Part shown: positions 60,261 through 64,000 of the stretch, piece after piece
Layout: each line of letters begins with the position of its first letter
How positions within the stretch are numbered: position 1 is the first letter of the stretch
Source of the DNA: Acetobacteraceae bacterium
GTDB lineage: Bacteria; Pseudomonadota; Alphaproteobacteria; Acetobacterales; Acetobacteraceae
Direction of reading: 5' to 3'
NCBI GenBank assembly: GCA_965276715.1
Contig: OZ255622.1
Location: forward strand, 2,534,642 to 2,598,641
Length of the DNA stretch: 64,000 nt
Made by a program: the position numbers and the translations under genes
The notes under the pieces: model-generated
The model's database searches: none
What the model was told of the DNA's origin: nothing
What the model saw: only the letters and a program-made list of their open reading frames with translations

Positions 60261-61374
60261 CCTGCCCGGCGACCACGCTCTCGGCCGTAGCGGATACCGA
60301 AGCCTCCGCGTTCTCGTCATCTCGGATGCCTGGCATCCGCAGGTGAACGGTGTGGTGCGCACGCTGGGCACCGTCACGCGGCTGCTCAACGAAGCCGGTC
60401 ACACGGCGACCGTGATCGGGCCCGACCAGTTCCGCACCGTGCCGTGCCCGACCTATCCCGATATCCGCCTCGCGGTCCTGCCGGGACGCAAGCTCAGGCG
60501 GCTGATCGACGGGTTTCGTCCGGACGCGCTGCATATCGCGACCGAGGGTCCGCTCGGCATGGCGGCACGCGGGCTCGCGATCAAGCGCGGCTGGCGCTTC
60601 AGCACCGCGTTCCACACGCGGTTTCCGGAATATGTGCAGGCGCGGATCCGGCTTCCCGCCGCGCTCAGCTACGCCTGGCTGCGCCGGTTCCACAACGCGG
60701 GCGAAGGCATCATGGTGGCGACCGCGAGCCTGAGCGAGGAACTCGCCCGGCGCGGCTACCGCAACATCAGGCCCTGGTCGCGCGGCGTGGATGTCGGACT
60801 GTTCAAGCCGGTGCCCGCCGATCCGTTCGAGGGGCTCGCGCGGCCGGTGTTCGTGTGCATCGGCCGGGTCGCGGTCGAGAAGAACATCCGCGCCTTCCTG
60901 TCGCTCGATCTGCCCGGCTCGAAGGTCGTGGTGGGTGACGGGCCGCAGCGCGCGACGCTGGAGCGCGAGTTCCCGGACGTGCGCTTCACCGGTGCCCGCT
61001 ACGGCGAGGAACTCTCCGCCTCGTACGCGGGAGCCGACGTGTTCGTCTTTCCGTCGGTGACCGACACGTTCGGGCTGGTGATGCTGGAGAGCCTGGCCTG
61101 CGGCACGCCGGTCGCGGCGTTTCCGGTCACGGGACCGGCCGACCTGCTCGCCGAGGCGCCGGTCGGGCGTGTCGACACCGACTTGCGACGCGCGGCGCTC
61201 GGCGCGCTCGAGGTCGACCGGGCGCTGTGCCGGCCGTTCGCCGAGATGCATTCCTGGCAGGCCTGCGCGCAGCTGTTCCTGAGCCACCTGGTTCCGGTGG
61301 CGGGTGCGCGGCGTTTCCAGCCGATGCCGATGCCGATCCTGGAGCGGGACGTGCTCGCCGAGGCGGCGGATTAG
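60232..61374 (+). CDS. glycosyltransferase family 4 (GT-B) protein
   Basis: LRVLVISDAWHPQVNGVVRTL and VFPSVTDTFGLVMLESLACGTPV. The GTG start at 60232 is inferred and there is no in-frame ATG nearby. Confidence 0.7.
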   Translation: MARWWPNLSDLPGDHALGRSGYRSLRVLVISDAWHPQVNGVVRTLGTVTRLLNEAGHTATVIGPDQFRTVPCPTYPDIRLAVLPGRKLRRLIDGFRPDALHIATEGPLGMAARGLAIKRGWRFSTAFHTRFPEYVQARIRLPAALSYAWLRRFHNAGEGIMVATASLSEELARRGYRNIRPWSRGVDVGLFKPVPADPFEGLARPVFVCIGRVAVEKNIRAFLSLDLPGSKVVVGDGPQRATLEREFPDVRFTGARYGEELSASYAGADVFVFPSVTDTFGLVMLESLACGTPVAAFPVTGPADLLAEAPVGRVDTDLRRAALGALEVDRALCRPFAEMHSWQACAQLFLSHLVPVAGARRFQPMPMPILERDVLAEAAD

Positions 61375-61431
61375 GTCGGGGCGCTCCCGAGCCTTGCCTT
61401 CGCTGCTGTCCGAAGGCAAAGCCGCTGGCTG

Positions 61432-61986
61432 ATGTTCATCGTCCTCGCCTACCTGATCGGATCGATCCCGTTCGGATTGCTGCTGACCCGGGCCGCCGGG
61501 CTGGGCGATATCCGCAAGGTGGGCTCGGGCAATATCGGCGCGACCAACGTGCTGCGGACCGGGCACAAGGGGCTGGCCGCGGCGACGCTGCTGCTCGACG
61601 GCCTGAAAGGCTTCGCCGCCGTCGCGATCGCGACCGAAGCGGGATGGGCCGCGATCGCGGTGGTGGTCGGGCATTGTTTTCCGGTCTGGCTGCGGTTTCG
61701 CGGCGGCAAGGGGGTCGCGACCGGCCTGGGGGCGCTCTACGGGCTCGACTGGCGGGTGGGCGCCCTCGCGTGCGCGGTCTGGCTGGCGCTCGCGGTGCTG
61801 ACCCGGCGTTCGTCGGCGGGTGCGCTCGGGGCGTTCCTCGCGTCCCCGGCGATCGCTGTCCTGCTCCATTCGCACGCGCCGGTCTGGGCGCCGGCCGCGA
61901 TCGCGGTGCTGGTGTGGGTCCGCCACCGCGCCAATATCGGCAGGCTGCTCGCCGGCACCGAGCCCGCGATCGGCGGGCGCGGGTGA
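61432..61986 (+). CDS. plsY: glycerol-3-phosphate acyltransferase PlsY
   Basis: YLIGSIPFGLLL and GSGNIGATNVLRTG. Confidence 0.9.
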   Translation: MFIVLAYLIGSIPFGLLLTRAAGLGDIRKVGSGNIGATNVLRTGHKGLAAATLLLDGLKGFAAVAIATEAGWAAIAVVVGHCFPVWLRFRGGKGVATGLGALYGLDWRVGALACAVWLALAVLTRRSSAGALGAFLASPAIAVLLHSHAPVWAPAAIAVLVWVRHRANIGRLLAGTEPAIGGRG

Positions 61987-63080
61987 GCGACCGGCTCGAT
62001 CTGGTCCGGCTCGCGCGTGCCGAGGGGGTGGGGCCGGTGACCTACCGCCGCCTGCTGGCGCGCTTCGGGGACGCGGCCGAGGCGCTCGCGTCGCTGCCCG
62101 CCGTCGCGCGGCGCGGCGGAGCGGGCGCGCCGCCGCGGGTCCCATCGGCAAGTGCCATCGCGCGGGAGGCGGGCGATCTCGCGCGGCTGGGCGGGCGTTT
62201 CCTGCTGCTCGACGAGCCGGACTATCCGGCCGCTCTCGCGGCACTCGACGACGCGCCACCGGTGCTTTCCGTGCTCGGCCGGGTCGAGTTGCTGCGGGCG
62301 CGGTCGGTCGCGATCGTGGGCGCGCGCAACGCGTCGGCCAACGGGCGGCGGTTCGCGGAAGCACTGGCGGCCGAACTGGCGCTGGCCGGCATCGTGGTGG
62401 TGTCGGGGTTGGCACGCGGCATCGACACGGCGGCGCATCGCGGGGCGCTGTCGCGCGGGGCGACGATCGCCGCGATCGCCGGCGGCCTCGACCGGCCCTA
62501 CCCGCCGGAGAACGCGACGCTGCAGCAGGAGATCGTGGACGTGGGCGGGACGGTGGTGGCCGAGCAGCCGCTCGGCACCGTGCCCACCAACCGGCATTTC
62601 CCGAGGCGCAACCGGATCATCGCCGGACTGTCGCTCGGATGCGTCGTGGTCGAGGCGGCGCCGCATTCCGGCAGCCTGATCACGGCGAACATCGCGCGCG
62701 ACAATGGCCGCGAATTGTTCGCCGTTCCCGGCTCGCCGCTCGACCCGCGTTCGCGCGGTTCGAACGCGCTGCTGCGCGAGGGCGCGCATGTCTGCGAGAG
62801 CGCCGCCGACGTGCTGGCCGACCTGCCGGCGGCCCCCGGCATGGTTGCGATGTTCCGGCCCGCACGGCCCAGGGCACCGAGAGCGGAACCGGTGCTCGTG
62901 CCCGATCCGGTGTCGGTGGCCGATGTGGTCCTGGGCCTGCTCGGGCCGGCGCCGACCAGCATCGACGACCTCGTCAGGAGCTGCCAGTTCTCGGCGGCCC
63001 TGGTGACAGGCGCGCTCGCGGAGCTGGAGATGATGGCCAGGATCGAGATGCTGCCCGGGGGGAAGGTCGCGCTGAGGTAG
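61983..63080 (+). CDS. dprA: DNA-processing protein DprA
   Basis: VSGLARGIDTAAHRGAL and SGSLITA. The GTGA overlaps the plsY stop. Confidence 0.85.
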   Translation: MSDRLDLVRLARAEGVGPVTYRRLLARFGDAAEALASLPAVARRGGAGAPPRVPSASAIAREAGDLARLGGRFLLLDEPDYPAALAALDDAPPVLSVLGRVELLRARSVAIVGARNASANGRRFAEALAAELALAGIVVVSGLARGIDTAAHRGALSRGATIAAIAGGLDRPYPPENATLQQEIVDVGGTVVAEQPLGTVPTNRHFPRRNRIIAGLSLGCVVVEAAPHSGSLITANIARDNGRELFAVPGSPLDPRSRGSNALLREGAHVCESAADVLADLPAAPGMVAMFRPARPRAPRAEPVLVPDPVSVADVVLGLLGPAPTSIDDLVRSCQFSAALVTGALAELEMMARIEMLPGGKVALR

Positions 63081-63195
63081 CGTTCCTCGGGTTGGTCCAT
63101 GTCGGCCGCGCCATTGACGCGCGACCCGGCCACTGCCAGTTCTCCGCGTCCCTCGTGGCAATGCGGGGATCACCAAAAAAGGTCGGTGTCAACGT

Positions 63196-64000
63196 ATGTC
63201 GGACGTCGTCGTCGTCGAAAGCCCCGCCAAGGCGAAGACCATCAACAAGTATCTCGGTGGCGGCTTCACCGTTCTCGCGAGCTTCGGCCATGTCCGCGAC
63301 CTGCGCGAGAAGGACGGGTCGGTTCGGCCCGACGACGGGTTCGCGATGGACTGGGAAGCCGACGAACGCGGCCAGCGCCAGGTCACCGCGATCGCCAAGG
63401 CGCTGAAGGGTGCGAAGATCCTCTATCTGGCGACCGATCCCGACCGCGAGGGCGAGGCGATCTCGTGGCACGTGCGCGCGATGCTCGACGAGAAGCGCGC
63501 GCTGCGCGGGATCGACGTGCGGCGGATCACCTTCAACGAGATCACCAGGAGCGCGGTGCAGCGGGCGATGGCGAGCCCCCGTGCGCTCGACCAGCCGCTG
63601 ATCGAGGCCTATCTCGCGCGACGGGCGCTCGACTACCTGGTGGGCTTCACGCTGTCGCCGGTGCTGTGGCGCAAGCTGCCGGGCTCGCGCTCGGCGGGCC
63701 GGGTGCAGTCGGTGGCATTGCGGCTGGTGTGCGAGCGCGAGGCCGAGATCGAGGTCTTCAAGCCGCGTGAATACTGGACCGTCGAGGCCGCGATGGCGAC
63801 GCCGGCGGGCGCCCCGTTCACGGCGCGGCTGACGCATCTGGACGGCAGGAAGCTCGACCAGTTCGACCTGAACGATGCGGCCAAGGCGGCGCGCGCGAAA
63901 GCCGCCGTCGAGGCCGGGCAGTTCGCGGTGGGGTCGGTCGAGCGCCGCCGGGTCAAGCGCAATCCGCCGGCGCCGTTCACCACGTCGACGCTGCAGCAGG
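63196..64000 (+). CDS. topA: DNA topoisomerase I (3' end outside window)
   Basis: MSDVVVVESPAKAKTINKYLG, the TOPRIM motif DPDREGEAISWH, and an ORF open to the window end. Confidence 0.9.
   Translation, partial: MSDVVVVESPAKAKTINKYLGGGFTVLASFGHVRDLREKDGSVRPDDGFAMDWEADERGQRQVTAIAKALKGAKILYLATDPDREGEAISWHVRAMLDEKRALRGIDVRRITFNEITRSAVQRAMASPRALDQPLIEAYLARRALDYLVGFTLSPVLWRKLPGSRSAGRVQSVALRLVCEREAEIEVFKPREYWTVEAAMATPAGAPFTARLTHLDGRKLDQFDLNDAAKAARAKAAVEAGQFAVGSVERRRVKRNPPAPFTTSTLQQ

Overview
High-GC (about 65-70%) alphaproteobacterial chromosomal window. The assignment rests on chvI/chvG, the DUF3576-leuS-lptE-holA, grpE-dnaK-dnaJ-dapB and plsY-dprA-topA gene orders, and an alpha-type GTTC-N7-GTTC SOS box. 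About 80% is conserved housekeeping sequence: cysK, pqiABC, ggt, leuS, queC, moeB, opgH, chvIG, dnaKJ, metK, trmB, selO and topA. Five lower-GC accessory patches interrupt it at 2.0-3.3 kb, 4.3-5.8 kb, 13.3-17.0 kb, 36.4-37.6 kb and 49.8-58.3 kb. The observations most worth following up are listed here. (1) A tRNA-Arg(CCU) gene is split by a 237-nt group I (IC3-like) intron. (2) An uncharacterised two-gene module (a roughly 210-aa HPWC-motif protein plus a roughly 90-aa multi-TM protein) occurs twice. One copy is frameshifted and sits inside a tRNA-Thr att-like scar. The other copy is intact and lies next to an IS630 element. (3) Three small, mostly membrane ORFs are packed tightly in front of a 1373-codon type IIG restriction-modification gene. 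That gene carries a single-base frameshift and a low-GC specificity domain. (4) A perfect SOS box sits directly upstream of a radical-SAM plus DUF4130-UdgX (KRRIH loop) pair. (5) An IS630 element has inserted at a CTAG site in codon 3/4 of a secreted-protein gene and supplies a new in-frame start codon. (6) Two 98-aa paralogues are present, one of them beside a stand-alone Hint domain gene. All product calls come from motifs I recognise by eye. No database search, HMM or covariance model was run, and start codons in this GC-rich DNA are often uncertain. Most long ORFs in the six-frame track are antisense or alternate-frame artefacts of high GC content.
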